Assembly: GCA_028534125.1 (NCBI GenBank)
Contig: CM052816.1
Span: 97,714,001 to 97,778,000 of the forward strand
Source of the DNA: Lama glama
Lineage: Eukaryota
DNA length: 64,000 nucleotides
Direction: 5' to 3'
Shown: piece after piece, positions 24,100 to 37,850 of the stretch
Numbering within the stretch: position 1 is the first letter of the stretch
Layout of the letters: every line of letters starts with the position of its first letter
Notes under the pieces: generated by a model
Told to the model about the DNA's origin: nothing
What the model saw: the letters and a program-made list of their open reading frames with translations, nothing else
Database searches by the model: none
Made by a program: the position numbers and the translations under genes

Positions 24100-25580
24100 A
24101 AAGCCTACCATTTGCCACAGCAGCCAAAAATAAAATACTTAGATTTAAATACAACAGAAGATGTGCAACATTTCTAAGCTGAAAGCCACAAAATGCTAAG
24201 GGAAAAAAATTGTAGAAAAGGCAAATAAATGGAAAGATACATCATACTCATTGATTGGAAGGTTCAGTGTTGTCAGTTCTCTCCAAAATGACCTATAGAT
24301 GCAATGCAATTCCAATCAAAATCCCAGCAGAAAATCTTGTGAAATTGATGAATTGATCATAAAATTTCTCTGGAAAGGCAAACGAACTAGGATAGTCAAA
24401 AATTTTTTGAAAAAGAAGAAAGAATCAAGTTTAAGGAACCTCCATGACCTGATTGCAAGACTTATTATAAAGCTGCAGTAATCAAGAGAATGTATTGATC
24501 AGGATAGACACAGATCGGTTGAACAGAACATACAGTCCATAGGTGCCTCACATATACACGATCAAATAAATGATTTCCAACAAAGCTGCAATAGTATGTT
24601 AATGAGGGAAGGAGTAGTCTTAACAAAGCTTTGGAACAACTGGACATCAGGGTGCAAATAAATAAATACAGCTGACCCATGCCTTGCACCGTTTACAAAC
24701 ACTAAATCACAATTTAAACCCAAAACTACAAAATTTCTACTGGGAAACATAGGAGAAAATATTAATGAGCTTGATTTAGGCAAAGATTTCTTAAACACTA
24801 AGCCATGAACAACAAAAGAAAAAAATCAATAAATTGGACTTTATAAAACATAAAAAATTCCTTTTCCTTGAAGGACTCTGTTAATAAAATTTTCAAAGCA
24901 AGCTGCCTTTCTGGAAGAAAATATTTTCAAAGAACATACTTGGTAAGGAACTTGCGTACAGAAGATATAAATAACTCTCAAAATTCAATATAAAGAAAAT
25001 AAACAAGCTCCCTAAAAATGGGGAAAAGATTGGTACAGACGCTTTACCAAGACCTACGAATGGAAAATACACACATGAAAAGCTGTTCAGCATAATTAGT
25101 CATTAGAGAAATGCAAATTAGAACCACAATTAGATATCATTATTCTCTAATTAGAAGAACTAAAATTTAAACAACAAAAATGTTTAAGTAATAACACCAA
25201 GTGCGTGCAGGGACATGGAGCAACTGGAACACTCATGCACGCCTGGTGGCAATGCAGAGAGTTACAACCACTTTGGAAGACGGTTTGGCAATTTCTTATA
25301 AAGTTGAAGTTGCACTTACTATATGACCGAACAATCCTATGTCAAGGCATTTACCCAAAGGAAATGAGAGCTGAAGTTTGCAACAAAACCTGCATGTGAA
25401 TGCTTGTAGTGGCTTAATTCATAATCACCCAAACTGGAAATGACCCAAGCGACCTTCAGCTGGTGAATAAAGTGCCGTGGTGATGCCATGACTGCGTCTG
25501 TATAAGCTGATGGAACTGCACGTTAAAGAGGGCGATTTTTACTGTGTGAATATCATGCCTCAGTAAATGATGTAATTTTA
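24100..25580 (+). mobile_element. L1M (MC/MD-age) ORF2 3' half and 3'UTR
   Basis: aataaatggaaagatacatcatactcattgattggaag; caatgcaattccaatcaaaatcccagca; ccactttggaagacggtttggcaatttc. Disrupted ORF2 frames. Confidence 0.9.
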
Positions 25581-27484
25581 AAACATACTTGAGAGTTTTC
25601 TTCTAATTCTCACATCTGAGTGTCAATGAGCAAAGAAACTTCTAGAAGAGTGCAGTGACTTCACCTGGCTAGGGACAGAATTTTACTTTAAGGTAGGAAA
25701 TTTCAAGTGAAAGGGCTCATTTCCATAGAAAGGCTGAGACCCTAAAGAAACAGGTTTGGAAAGAGTACAGGGAAATACTCCCTCTTTGGCACAGTAAAGG
25801 GATGGTACCAAAGATTATGAGATTTCATTAGGGACCCTTTTTTTGAAACAATTGTTGGAGAATCTGGAGTGATATGTAGAAGTAAGTGTTGCTCAATGAA
25901 TTGAGGAAAGGAAGTTAATTTAATAGATATCGAAGCATTTTGTCCTGCTTCCTTTTAATAAGAAGCTTAAATCAATTCAATTCAGTAAGTCCTGTCAGAC
26001 TCTGGGCTAGCCCGTGGGAGCCAGCTCGATGGGGAACACCCTTCCTTACAGCACAGTGCCCCTTGGCAAGTTTCACAGTTAAATGAACACACTCAAGAGA
26101 CTGGCATCCTTTGCAGAGCCTCTCCACTTGCTATCTGCTCCCAGGAACCCCACAGGGCAGCTGCGACCCTCAGGAGATGAGTAAGCTGGGAGTCCGTAGG
26201 GCACTTGGGTAGCTGTGTCTCGTGCACTCTGGCAGGGGCTCAAATTCTTCCCGTGAACTCCTTCACATTGGCTTGAACTACAGACATTTCTTAAAAGTTG
26301 GAAGAGCACACATGGGAAATACTACCTATGAGGTAGGATGCCTCAAAATGACGTTGGATTCTTGAGAATCTTGGCAAACATGAAAGGAAGCCAGTGTATG
26401 TTGTTTGTTAAAACAAACGTCTTTCATTCGCCTTGACGATCAAAATGAGCACCAGAAGTTCACTCAGTGCACTTCAAAAAATTCCGCAGACATTCTGAAG
26501 GCTCAAGTGTTGGACTATGGAAACGGACTCATCTGTGGGGGCTAGTAAAATAATCATGAATCCAGTAAAGAAAAACACCTAACATTTTAAATAAGATTAA
26601 AATCTCTAAGTCTATGCTTAGAAACTGGCAATTCTATACACCATCAATGGCTTTGCCATCTAAGGTCTATTAACATTAATGAGAAAGTTAAAGCATTTCT
26701 TTGTAAAATGAGTTTGGAAAGTGACCTCTTACTAAAATATCCACAAAATGTATGGTTATATAAAAGTAGAGAATTTTAAAGAATTTAAAAATCTACATTA
26801 ATGAATGAAAATGAAGTCACTTTATAACCCACATAGGTACTGAGTTTTAGCAAAGGGAGAAAATGAGGTGAGAGAACAGAATTCTTGACAGTAAATGTTC
26901 ATCATTAACTGGAAACTTGAGAAACTGCAGTGACAGTCTCATTCACCTCTTTCCTTTTTGTCCTTATTTCCATTTAGATGAACATAAAGCAACTACAGAA
27001 AACAATCTAACTGGATCACTTCTTAAATTACTCATGAAATAACAAATACCAGATAATGAGAATAGCGTACACACAGTGTAGAGCTGAAAGCCAGGGAGGG
27101 TTGACCAGGATGGAAAACACAGACCAAGGGAACACTTGCCTCAAGGTCAAGTTCAACAATAGCTCTTGGTGATTTTTCCATAGAGAAACTTACAAACATC
27201 CTTGGTTAGTCATTGTATGAACCCTGAAATAAATGGCTTGGTTCACAATTGCCAAAAATGGAAACAAATCTGGCACCTGATGAATGGATAAGCAAATTGT
27301 GGTACGTTCGTACAGTGGAACTCTCCTCAACGATAGAAATGAACAAACTGATAGAGGCATCTAAATGGGAATATAGCGCATTTTATATAACCCATTTCAC
27401 TGTTTTCCTGTCCCTGACAAAACATGGAATAATATCTCCTGGTGAATAGGAATGAAAATAATGAAAAAAGATCGTGGCTCATAT

Positions 27485-27725
27485 CAATCAAGTGCCCACT
27501 GTATGCTGAGCGCTGTTCCAGACACTTCACTTGTACTCAATCATCTAATCTTCACGATGTCTCTGTGAAGTAGGTCCTGTGATCAGCCCCATGTTCAGAT
27601 GATAAAATCCAAGTACAGAAAAGTCACTGACTTACTCAGGGTCACACAGTCAGTAAGTGGCACAGCCAGGATTCAAGTACGCGTCTGCATGAGCATCTCC
27701 ACACTCAGAAACTACCTACTTCTCA
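27485..27725 (-). mobile_element. MIR SINE
   Basis: tctaatcttcacgatgtctctgtgaagtagg...tgacttactcagggtcacacagtcagtaagtggcacagccaggattcaa. Confidence 0.85.
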
Positions 27726-28928
27726 CAAAAGCTTGGCTTTTCCCAAACTCCCCAGGAGTTCTCCTTGGCTGCACCAGAATTCCTCCTGGAGAAACCCTGC
27801 CCTGAGATGCTAAATCATGTTTAATAGACAGATGTGATATTCTCCAGGTTGAACAGAAAAATGTATGCTAACCTGATGTGAATTGCTTCTGGGTTTGCAT
27901 AAGCTTGTTTGTTTATTATGTATTGTCATTTTTAAGTTGTTTATTTCAGGAATGAAGCATGCCTTTAAGGCACACATTTCCCTGTGAATATTCCATTGTG
28001 CTGAAAATCACCTACTAAACAGACATTTGGATTGAGGAGGAGGTGGGGGTTGGCCTGCACATTTGTTTCATTCTCATTTTCAAGCAGTATTCTTAATGAG
28101 AAAAAGAAATGACACATCCCAAACCAGCAAGTGTGCGCCGTCCCGCAGAGCGAGCAGGGAGGCCCGGAGCGGGGACCTGTGCCCACGTGCACCTCTTCCA
28201 GCTCCTTGAGGCCAAGAGCAGGGTCGGAAGTGCCACCTCCAGACAACCTCTTACAAAGAGCCTTAATGCCCCTTGCTTAGCTGTATGTGACAGTCCCCAG
28301 GCGCAGAAGGTATGTGTAAGAGAACTTGTTTGAGTAAGAAAATTGCAGTACCACTTGAAGATTCTTTTCAAGTTATTGGGCCTTTTGTTCCTACTGAAAC
28401 ATGCTGTTTTTAGATTAAATGAAAACGGTACAGAAGCAATGGGTGACTGGAGAATTCTGAAAATTTTTGCAGGCTAGAAAAACAAAGAAAGGTGCTAATT
28501 TTAGTGCATCTTTAAGATTATATTCCTAGATGCATAGACTTTTAAGAACCAGAAGAGACATTTTCACAGAATTCGACCCCTGATCTTGCCAATGAAACAG
28601 GTGAGACTCAGGGAGGCCCACTCACTTGCAGAATGTCACATAGAAAGTTATTTCTTGGACAATTCCCTTTTGAATACAACTCACACACCCAAACGATACT
28701 ATTTAGAGGTAAATATGCAAATAATATATAGAAGGTGTACAGGGAGGAATAAATGAGAGTTTGTTCAACTGCAGCGAAGAACTGAAGTCTGGAATCTTGG
28801 ACAAGCTCCAAGTGCAAAGACTGCTAGTTGCCCCAGCAAGCCAGGCTTCAGGGAGGGGATGCGGAAGAAGAAAGGGGGTGGTTCAGATGAAAATCAGCTA
28901 TGAGGGTTTGGATAAGTCACTTAACCCC

Positions 28929-29412
28929 TGTGAACGAAAAATACTGCAAACCATATCAGTAAACAAAGAATGCTGAAGCCATCAAGTCATCAGCTGCTGC
29001 CGCCGCCCCCAAGTGAAGACAAGCCTGCAGCCACTCACAGTGGTGCCCTCTGAGGGGACCCAGAATAAGAAAGGACAGGATACTGGCCCTGGATAGCTAG
29101 GTGCTTGTCAAAGGAATGAATTCAATGAGCCCAAATGTTTGCTTCCTCCCAGAAAGAGAAAAGCACTAAATTCTTTAACTTGAGATGCCTGGTTTTCTTC
29201 GGTTAACAAGTAAGCTTTTAATGTTCTAACTACCCGGTCTTTGTTGTACGACTCCTGTACATCCTAGCTCCTCCCCTACCTCTTCGGAGCAGTCCCTCGG
29301 GGCCATCTGAGAGGCTGTCACCCAGGGCTCGAAGGGGTTCGAGCCCTCAGAAATGTCCGCCGAGTGAAACATAACTCTCAACTTCCAGGCTGTGCCTTCA
29401 TTTCAGTCGACA
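28929..29412 (+). mobile_element. ERV1-class solo LTR inserted in a MIR
   Basis: TG...CA termini with an end of ttcagtcgaca; 4-bp flanks cccc/cctc. The MIR core is split around it: ggataagtcacttaac|cctctgag...ataacaataat (MIR continues to about 29560). Confidence 0.85.
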
Positions 29413-29869
29413 CCTCTGAGGATCAGTAGCTTCTATCAAATGAGCATAACAATAATTCCAGTTTACCTGCCTTGCGGAATTATTGCAAAGATCAGATGAC
29501 ATAATCTATGGGACTTTTCTTCTTAAAATGAGAGGCACTGTACAAATGTTAGCTCTTAGTCCAGGGATTTTATCAATCAATACACAAGGAGGGCAAATCG
29601 GAGGGACGGGATTCCGCCTGTTTCACACCGTTAGAGTTGAACCTAAGTGTGGCAATAGGGTCTCACGTATTTCTGTATGACTAGTCCATTGTGCTGAAAG
29701 TCATCTAATAAACACTTTGTTGCGGGTGGAGGTGGGGATTGGCCTATAAACTTGTTTCTTTCTCATTCTCAGTTATGCATTCGGGGGAAGGGTTCACTTC
29801 CTTTCTTGATAATATGTGAACATCAGCATCAATGGGACAACACTGGCTTACTTTAACATAATGTTTCCC

Positions 29870-32400
29870 CTTTTCAACCTAATCCCAGATCCCATTCCCG
29901 ATCTCCCCACCAAGGGGACCACTGCCGTTTGCTAAATATCTTTCCAACCCACCTCCCATACATGTATCTCCATGTGCTCCTCTGTATGTAATACTGCTGT
30001 TGGTTGTATAAGTTTTAATTTATTTACATGGTCTTTATACAATAAACCTAATCCATGCATTGCTGCTTTCACAGCAGTATTCATTCCTGCTGTCATACAA
30101 GGTTGTAATTCCTCCTTCTATGTCTGCATTGCATTCCATTCTGCGCATGCCACACTCTTTTTATCCATTGCCATACTGCTGAACACCGAGGCGGTCTCCA
30201 ACTCTTTGCTACAATGCCCGTGTCTCTTTGGACATTTGGGCAGATGTCTTGGAGAATATAAACAGAGGAGTAAAACTGCTAAGCTGTATGATATCTAAGC
30301 ACTGCCAGATTGCTCTTCAAAGCAATGGCTGTCAGAGTCTACTTCGAGCAGACGAGCAGGAGCACTCACATTTTTGCCACAGCCCACCAGCACATCCTTA
30401 GAAATTATTTCCCCTAACTCATTCTGTGTGTTTTTCGTTTGTGTATCCTTTTTCATTCCTTGATCAGATTTGCCAGAGCACTGCTTGTGTTAAATCCTTT
30501 CGAAGAACCAGCTTTCAATTTTGTCGTTTAACTCAACTGTTTTCACTTGTTAATTTTTGTTGTTGTTTTGTTTTGTTTTTAATTTATTTCATGATGATGG
30601 GTTTCTGGTATGGCTCACCTTGTCACACTGATCTGCCAGGTTAGGGTAGGGGTTGTTCACGCTAACAACGATTGTACAGTTACTTATTCCTCCCTGTGGC
30701 TCCACCAGATTTTATATATTCTGAGGCCATTTCATTCGTTTTCAATAGATTCACAACCTTTATTTTCTTAATTCTTTACATCAAGTAAAACAAATACTAG
30801 TTTAGAGTATTAGTTCTATGTGCAAAATCTCTATCTTTCCTTTATTCTGTATTTCATTTAAAAAATTTTACTGTTGTCTGATATTGCAGTTGCTATACTA
30901 GCTTCCTTTTCTTCAAATGTGTATTCTTTGTATCCTTTTATTTTTAACCTTCCTATATTCTGTTGTGAAGAAAAAAACCAGGCTGGTCTAACAAGATAAC
31001 TCACAGGTCTAAGAATGTGAAGGAGAGGCTGGGCTAGGCTAACAAGATAACTCACAAATCTAAGTATTGGAATACTGATCTGAGTTCTGCTAAACTAACT
31101 TGTAAATCTAGGTTAATTAGTGTTGGTTTGCTGTTCATGTTTTTTGCTAGCCAGCTGGGTTTTCAAAGATATATATCTGGCTTTGGAGTGTTGGTTTGCT
31201 GCCTCCCCGCCTCCACTTTTGTGATGATAATGCTGCTAAAGCTGTTCCATGCCTATTGGCCGAATACCCCAAGCTTGTACTTTACCCTATAAAACCTCAT
31301 GCACACGTCTCGGAGGTGCTCAGAGCTTCAGAGCAGAAGCCCCTCTGAGCCCGCCGACGTAATACATCTGAGTACTCCAACCCTCCGAGTGGTGCTTGTT
31401 TCTTGGCTGGCCTGTCATTTCCGTAACACTGTGGCTGAGTCACTTGTTTCTCTATGTAAAAATGAACTGAAATTGCTTCTAAATATAAACTGGAATATTT
31501 TTCAAAATTCAATCTACACAACTTGAGGGTATTTAACCCACTTACACTTATTGTAATTATGGTTATAGTAGGATTATTTGAGCCATCTTATTTTATAATC
31601 CTCCACTTACCATGCTTAATTATTTTGTTTCTTGTCTCCTCTTTTCTTACTTTCACTTTGATATATAGAGCTGTCTTCTGCTGATTTAAAAATAGGTCCT
31701 ATTTTCATTATTCTGATGGTTACCCTTAAACAGTTGAAACCATAATTTTAGTTTTTTCCCATACAAATGTCTAAAGATGAGCAAAGTCCTCTCATACAAG
31801 AAAAGAGCCCGAAGATGCACTCATCTCCCTCCAGATGTCCTAACCCAGTTACCCCGACCTACACCTTGGTATTGATGCAGACACACATGATTAAGGATTG
31901 CAAATATTCTCTCTTATCTCTCTGAGGATAGTTATTATGCTCATTTTAAATTTATTTTCTTAGTGTTGAAATAGTTTGTTTTACCTCCTAGAAGTTTTTC
32001 TACTGGTTTCTTGTATGAAATTTGTCTCACGATTTTTTTCCTGTGAGCTCATCTTTATTCTTTGGGATGGTCCACTGTCTTGACTAGTGATCCTGACTTG
32101 GGAGAAGAGCCAAGTGCTTTGGTCCCCTTGGCCAGCTTGAGGGGTAGGAGAAACACTCCTCAGGGCAGAGAAGCATTCATACGTCTGACCTCATTAAGGT
32201 ATGCCTGCCCCACAATACACATCCCAAGTGCATTGTTCTGGACCCAAACATTTTAGGGTTCAACATTAAGCCACTCCTCCTTGTTATTTCTCAGGATGCC
32301 TTGTGGGGCAAAGTTGGAATTCAGGACACACATAAAGGCAGACAAGCTGCACTTCCACTCATTGCTTTTAGCACTCCAGCTCTTCCAGATCATCACCTCA
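29870..32400 (-). mobile_element. Ancient fragmented L1M/L1ME, interrupted by the LTR at 30964-31428
   Basis: T-rich. L1ME 3'-end motifs at about 30000-30400; tttaacccacttacacttattgtaattat (about 31532) is the reverse of the ORF2 endonuclease start (IIT.SVSGL ~ IITLNVNGL). Confidence 0.65.
30964..31428 (+). mobile_element. Young ERV1 (gamma-like) solo LTR
   Basis: TGTGAAG...CGTAACA termini; perfect 4-bp TSD ctgt (30960-30963, 31429-31432). Reverse CCAAT at 31255-31259, TATAAAA at 31288-31294, poly(A)-signal-like aataca at 31361-31366, and internal U3 direct repeats. Confidence 0.9.
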
Positions 32401-32779
32401 ACATTCTCTCTCCCTTTAGTTGGCATTATTGTTTTCCAGCCTCACCACCATCATAGTAGGTAATCCATCTTCTTGAAAATGGATGGAAATTTACACAGCT
32501 TCTTGGTGGGTAGACGAGGACCTGTGTGGCAGAGCTTTGCCCACCTAGCCACAGAACATCTTCCAAATTTGCAAGTTAAAAGCAGGGGCATCTCCTAGGC
32601 TAGACCAGGCTTAGCCTGCATGGATCACAACGCCAGCCGTACACTCACACAGCAGTGTAGGGGAAGAGAGAGAGGGACTCATCCCCTGTGTGTGGGTTCC
32701 CTGGGAATGGCCTGTTCCACAACTGTTTCTTCCTTACACAGGAACACAAATACCTTCTGCCATCCCAAGTGTCTTACAG

Positions 32780-34045
32780 TTTTATTATCATTGTTATTAT
32801 TAATTACTACTTTTTGTGGTAAGACAACTTAACATGAGATCTACCCTCTTCAAAAATGTTTAAGTGCATGTTACCATATTGTTAACTATAAGCACAACGT
32901 CATACACCCGATATCTAGAACGTATTTATCTTGCCTAGCAGAAGCCTTATACCCATTGAAGAGCAACTCTCCATTTCTCCCTACTCCCATCCACAAGCAA
33001 CTGCCATCCTATTCTCTGATTCTATGAGTTTGACTATTTTAGATACTTCATTTAAGTGGAATGATGCAATATTTGTCCTATGACTGGCTTATTTCACTTA
33101 GCATAATGTTCTCAAGGTTCATCCATGTTGTTGCATTTGGCAGAACTTCTTATATCATTTCATTGTGTGTATATATCACATCTTTCTCCATCCACCCATT
33201 GATGGACATTTAGGTTGTTTCTGTATCTTGGCTATTGTAAACAATGCTATAATAAACATGGGGGTATGAACAGCTTTTCAAGATCCTGATTTCAATTCTT
33301 TTGAGTATATACCCAGAATGAGATTGACGGATAATATGGTAATTCTATTTTTAATTTTTTGAGGAATTGTCATACCATTTTTACAGTGGCCATACCATCT
33401 TACAGTCCCACCAACACCTACTAGCCAACACTTGTGATCTTTTTTTGCTTGTTTGTTTGTTTTATGACAGCCATTCTACCAGGTGTGCGGTGGTTATCTG
33501 CTGTGGTCTGGATTTGCATTTCCCTGACGATTAGTGATACTGAGCATACTTTCATATACAAGCTGGCCATTTGTATGTATTCTTCAGAGAAATATCTATT
33601 CAAATCCTTTGCCCATTTTTAAACCAAGTGTTTTCATTGTTATTGTTATTGAGTTGTAATAGTTCCTTGTACATTTTGGATACTGAATCCTTATCAGATA
33701 TATGGTTTGCAGATACTTTCTCCCATTCAGGAGGCTGTATTTGCACTCTGTTAATGGCTTCCTTTGCTGTGCGGAAGCTTTTAGTCTGATACAGTCCCAC
33801 TTGTTTATCTTTCCTTCTGCTGCCTGTGCTTTTGATGCCATATCCATGAAATCATTGCCAAGACCAGTGTCATGAAGCTTTTCCTCTATGATTTATCCTA
33901 GGAGTTTCATAGATGTAAGTCTTACATTCAAATCTGTAGTCCATTTTGGGTTAATTTTTTGTATGGCATAAGATAAAGATCCAATTTCATTCTTTTGCAA
34001 TTAGATACCCAGTTTTCCCAACACTGTTTGTTCAAGAAACTATGT
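32780..34045 (-). mobile_element. L1MA9-like 3' ~1.25 kb
   Basis: cttaacatgagatctaccctctt 3'UTR motif; ORF2-like fragments KINKWDCIRLK and EWEKVSANHISDK on the minus strand. Confidence 0.92.
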
Positions 34046-36104
34046 TTCATTTTCTCAAGTGAGATTTCTGTTCTTTCAATCTTTTTCTCTTCTTGTGGCT
34101 CCTAAGATGCATGTCCAAGAAGAAGCCAACAATCTATGTTTAGTTAGCAGTCTTTTTCCACAACTAATATAAACTAAGGATCTCCAGGAAAATTAGGCAA
34201 ATAATGACTTTTATAACAATAACAAGAAATAGTCCTGGGGACTTAATAACCATACATTTAAGTTGTAGAACTACCACGTTTATTTGTTTAAGCGTACCTA
34301 CCTACTAAATTGCCAGTATGTTTGAGGACAAAGCACATGGACACCCCATGACGGCATCTCTGTGCATGACTTCCTCTGTGTTTGCTCCCAGGGTATCTGG
34401 GTGGGTGGAGTTTTCTCACTCAGAGTGAGAACATAAACATGACAGTCTGCTAGGTTTGAGAAAATGTGCTTCGTCTTATCAAGTTTCTAAATATATAATT
34501 ACCATATTTCTCTCAACAACAGTTTATGTCTCTCTTCCAGTCTTCTTTTAAAATCACAGGAGAAAATATTAGGGATCAAAATGCAGAAACATCAAACTTC
34601 ACCAAGGGGCACACCATAGCTAGAGGTCCTCTGCTCTGTGTGCTCTCCAGGAATTGCATCTGATTTCTGGGTGGGCTTCTGGGCTTCTCTCAATCTTAGG
34701 CAAGTATTTATCACTTCTTACTCCACCGCTATGACTATTTGTGGCATAAACATTGTAGAAGTGACATTAATGACGTAACAGCTTAGCAGTTCTCTGTGGC
34801 TACGTGTAGAGCAAGGGTGAAAGTCTGTATTTTTTATTTACTATTATTTCACATATCTTCCCACATAGTACTGCTTAGACTTAATAATTATCTTTTCACA
34901 TTTGCTTCACATTCTGCCAAATTAATGTCAGAGATTTCATTTTCCATTCTCCCATTTTGTTTCTATTTTCTTGTACAGTTTTAATAGTATTTCAACTATT
35001 GTTGTTTTCTCTTTCTTGGGTTAATCCCTGAGGATTTACAGGCTAGTTTTGGTTAAACCACCCTTCGGAGTTAGTCATTACTCACTTATAATTTTTGACA
35101 AATTAATAGGGGCAAATGGTCTGGTAACCACTTCTCATACCTGGAAATAATGACTCCAGTCCACACCAGAAACAGAAAAAGATGCTGCCACAAGGTTTTC
35201 TCTACTTTGTTCCAATAGCTGCTTCTGTAAGCTTGACCCAATAAGTATTATCACTGCACCTTGTTCCAAAAATACGGATTCGTATCAGGTGTCTGATTGC
35301 CTTCTTGACCTAAGTCAGAATTGGAAGCAGAGACATTTCAAAAACAGTTTTAAAATCCTCTGTAGCCTAGCCTTCATAAATGACTGGGCAGATTTCCGGT
35401 GTCCTTCCAGAAGCCCTTTACCTCCTAGGAGCTCATTTCTCTTGTCACGTTAAAATCAAACTCCTCTGAAGCATCTGAACTCTCCTGAATATTGTGTCCT
35501 TTACAATTTCAGAAGAGGAGATGATTCAAAAACAAAATGTGTTCACCTGGGAGATGATCATGAAGCTGCCTTCTGGAAAGAAAAGTGACCTACCCAAGCA
35601 TCTGAGCCGAGAGACGCACCCAGCCTCCACAAGGCAGATGAGCTACAGAGTGGGTGATGATGCTCATTATGCAGATGATGGCCACTGGTATTACTCTAAT
35701 ATTTTGCAACTTTTAAATAGAAAACATGGTAGTGCAAAACTCAACTTAGTCCCTGAATTTAAGGATACATGAATGTGAAAGGTGGCACTGCGATGCTTTG
35801 CTTTATTGCAATTTTTAAATCACAGCAACCTAGACTTGAGAACCACTTTATTTTCTTCCCTAACAGTGAGATCTTAGTGTTTGTCACCCTCTCAATCACC
35901 ATCTTACACAGATTAAAAGCCTGCTGCGGAATTGATTTCCACATCATCAGTCTTGGCCAGCCTTGGGAAAATGTGCTAAGCAGGGTAAAGGTCTGCACCC
36001 ATCTCACTTGCTGTTTCTTTGGCCCCTTCCGCCTTCCCTTCTTAGACCTGCCACCTTCTGCTCTTTTTTTTTTTTTTGGTACATGAACATTTATAGCAAC
36101 TTGG

Positions 36105-36460
36105 GATTTTTTTAGCTTTAAGGGATATAATTGATACACAAAAAAGATTGTACACATTTAATGTCTCCATCTTGATGAGTCTGGGCATATGGATCCATCC
36201 ATGGTCCCATCACCACAACCAAAGTACCGAACATATCATTCATCACCCCCAGAAATTTCCCTGCATGCTTTTGTGTCCTATTTTTGGCACTAATGCTTAA
36301 CATGAGATCTATTCTCTGAACATATTTCACATTTCACAATACTGTCAACTATAAGTACCGTGTGTACAGCAGATCTTTGGGACTTATTCATCTTGCAGAA
36401 CAGAAAATTTATGACCAATGAGAACACCTTCCACTTTTGACCCTGCTCCCCAGCCAGAGA
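36105..36460 (-). mobile_element. L1MA9-like extreme 3'UTR
   Basis: gatataattgatacacaaaaaagattgtacacatttaatgt...cttaacatgagatcta...gtacagcagatct. Confidence 0.85.
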
Positions 36461-36774
36461 GCCATCTCTACTTTAAGTATCCATTAAACTTATTCAATCA
36501 AAGAATTTAATGTTCAACTATGTGTAAATAGAGTAGAAACAACATCTGATCATTTGAACTTGGCACCCAGTTCAACGGCTTCTTAGCCCTGTGAAACTTC
36601 GGAAGGCAGCTGATTTCTCTGGAGAGCCACAAGAACAATGTGACTCAATAAAGCACAGGAGCAAATAGTAAGTTATACACAAGTACGTTGTAAATTGAAA
36701 AGCTTCATCATTTTCATAAAAATCATGGTCAATGTGTCCTATCACGTTCCCAGCAATACTGTGATTTGATCTGG

Positions 36775-37040
36775 AGCTAAAAACATGGGTCTAGATTAAG
36801 GCCGTCTGGGCTCAAGTCCTGTCTCCATTACTCACTAGCTCTACCACACTGGGCTCACAGTTCAGTCCTGTGAGCCCCCGTCTCCCCATCTGTAAGACAG
36901 AGATACCAACAATTCCCACTTCTTGGGCTGTTGCCAAGGTCAACTCATTTAAATAAACCAGTAGCATAGCCCAGTGTCTTGTATAAATCTAATCATCTGT
37001 ACACATTGTCTATTATTATTATTATTATCACTATTATTGA
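36775..37040 (+). mobile_element. MIR SINE
   Basis: ctgggctcaagtcctgtctccattactcactagct...ccccatctgtaagacagagata...tattattatt tail. Confidence 0.8.
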
Positions 37041-37559
37041 ATTTCAGGCAGTTCTATAGGAGAGATTTTTAGATCTTGGGCTACCTTTAGAAATTTAAAT
37101 TCAAATCACATAAGATTCCCTACTCTGCCTCCATTAACATGAAATGGCAGGAAAAATACATGTCACAGTAAATCAAGAATTGTCAAGAAAACAGTTCTTT
37201 TGAGGATGGAAGGAAACTATCATATTAACAATAACAGGTCAGAAAGGCCAGGCCGTCCACATAAGTCATTGTCTGTCTGAACCAGGGTATTTCTGAGAAG
37301 GGAAACATGAGTGATGATGATGAGCAAAGGTGCTGGGACCACAAGTGCAGATGAGGGCTGACTGGGCAAAGCAGAGATGTGGTCCCCGAGCTGTCAGCTG
37401 ATCCTTCTAGGTTCCCTCTCAGGATGTCCCAGGATAGACCTTCACTTGCAACAAAACCAGATCATTCACCATCTCCTGAACATGCCCCCTCTGCCTGTCC
37501 TAGGAGAAGGCTTTAGAACTTTCTCTCTTGTACTTAACATCTCTCTGCAAAGTCTGTCT

Positions 37560-37850
37560 ATCAAAATGCCACTCAGCGCCCCTTGTCCATCTCTGAATGT
37601 CCCTTTATGAAGGGACTGCCTCATACCTTCATTCAGCTGTGCTCCCTGCTGTGAAGGTCCCCAGGGCTCTCCTCTCTCATGGAATTTCCATGTTCTTCCT
37701 TGTATTATGATCGTCTCTGAGCCTGTCAGCTCCTTCAAATCTGCACAAGTTTCCAAAAGCATGGTCAGTGTCTTATTTAACCCTGAGAGCTTAGCATTCA
37801 TCACATGTGGCAGGTAGCAGACACCCGATGAGTATTTGACAAATGAATTA
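37560..37850 (+). mobile_element. L2 3' end
   Basis: ctgtcagctccttc...tgtcttattt...ttagca...ggcaggtagcagacacccgatgagtatttgacaaatgaat. Confidence 0.65.

Noticed and set aside
26320..26337. ctacct-atg-aggtag containing the let-7-like tgaggtag
   Set aside because: Only a 6-bp stem; the sequence after the seed does not match let-7 and there is no pre-miRNA-sized hairpin.
35512..35700. Plus-strand acceptor tttacaatttcag followed by an open frame
   Set aside because: No convincing donor and no recognisable protein.
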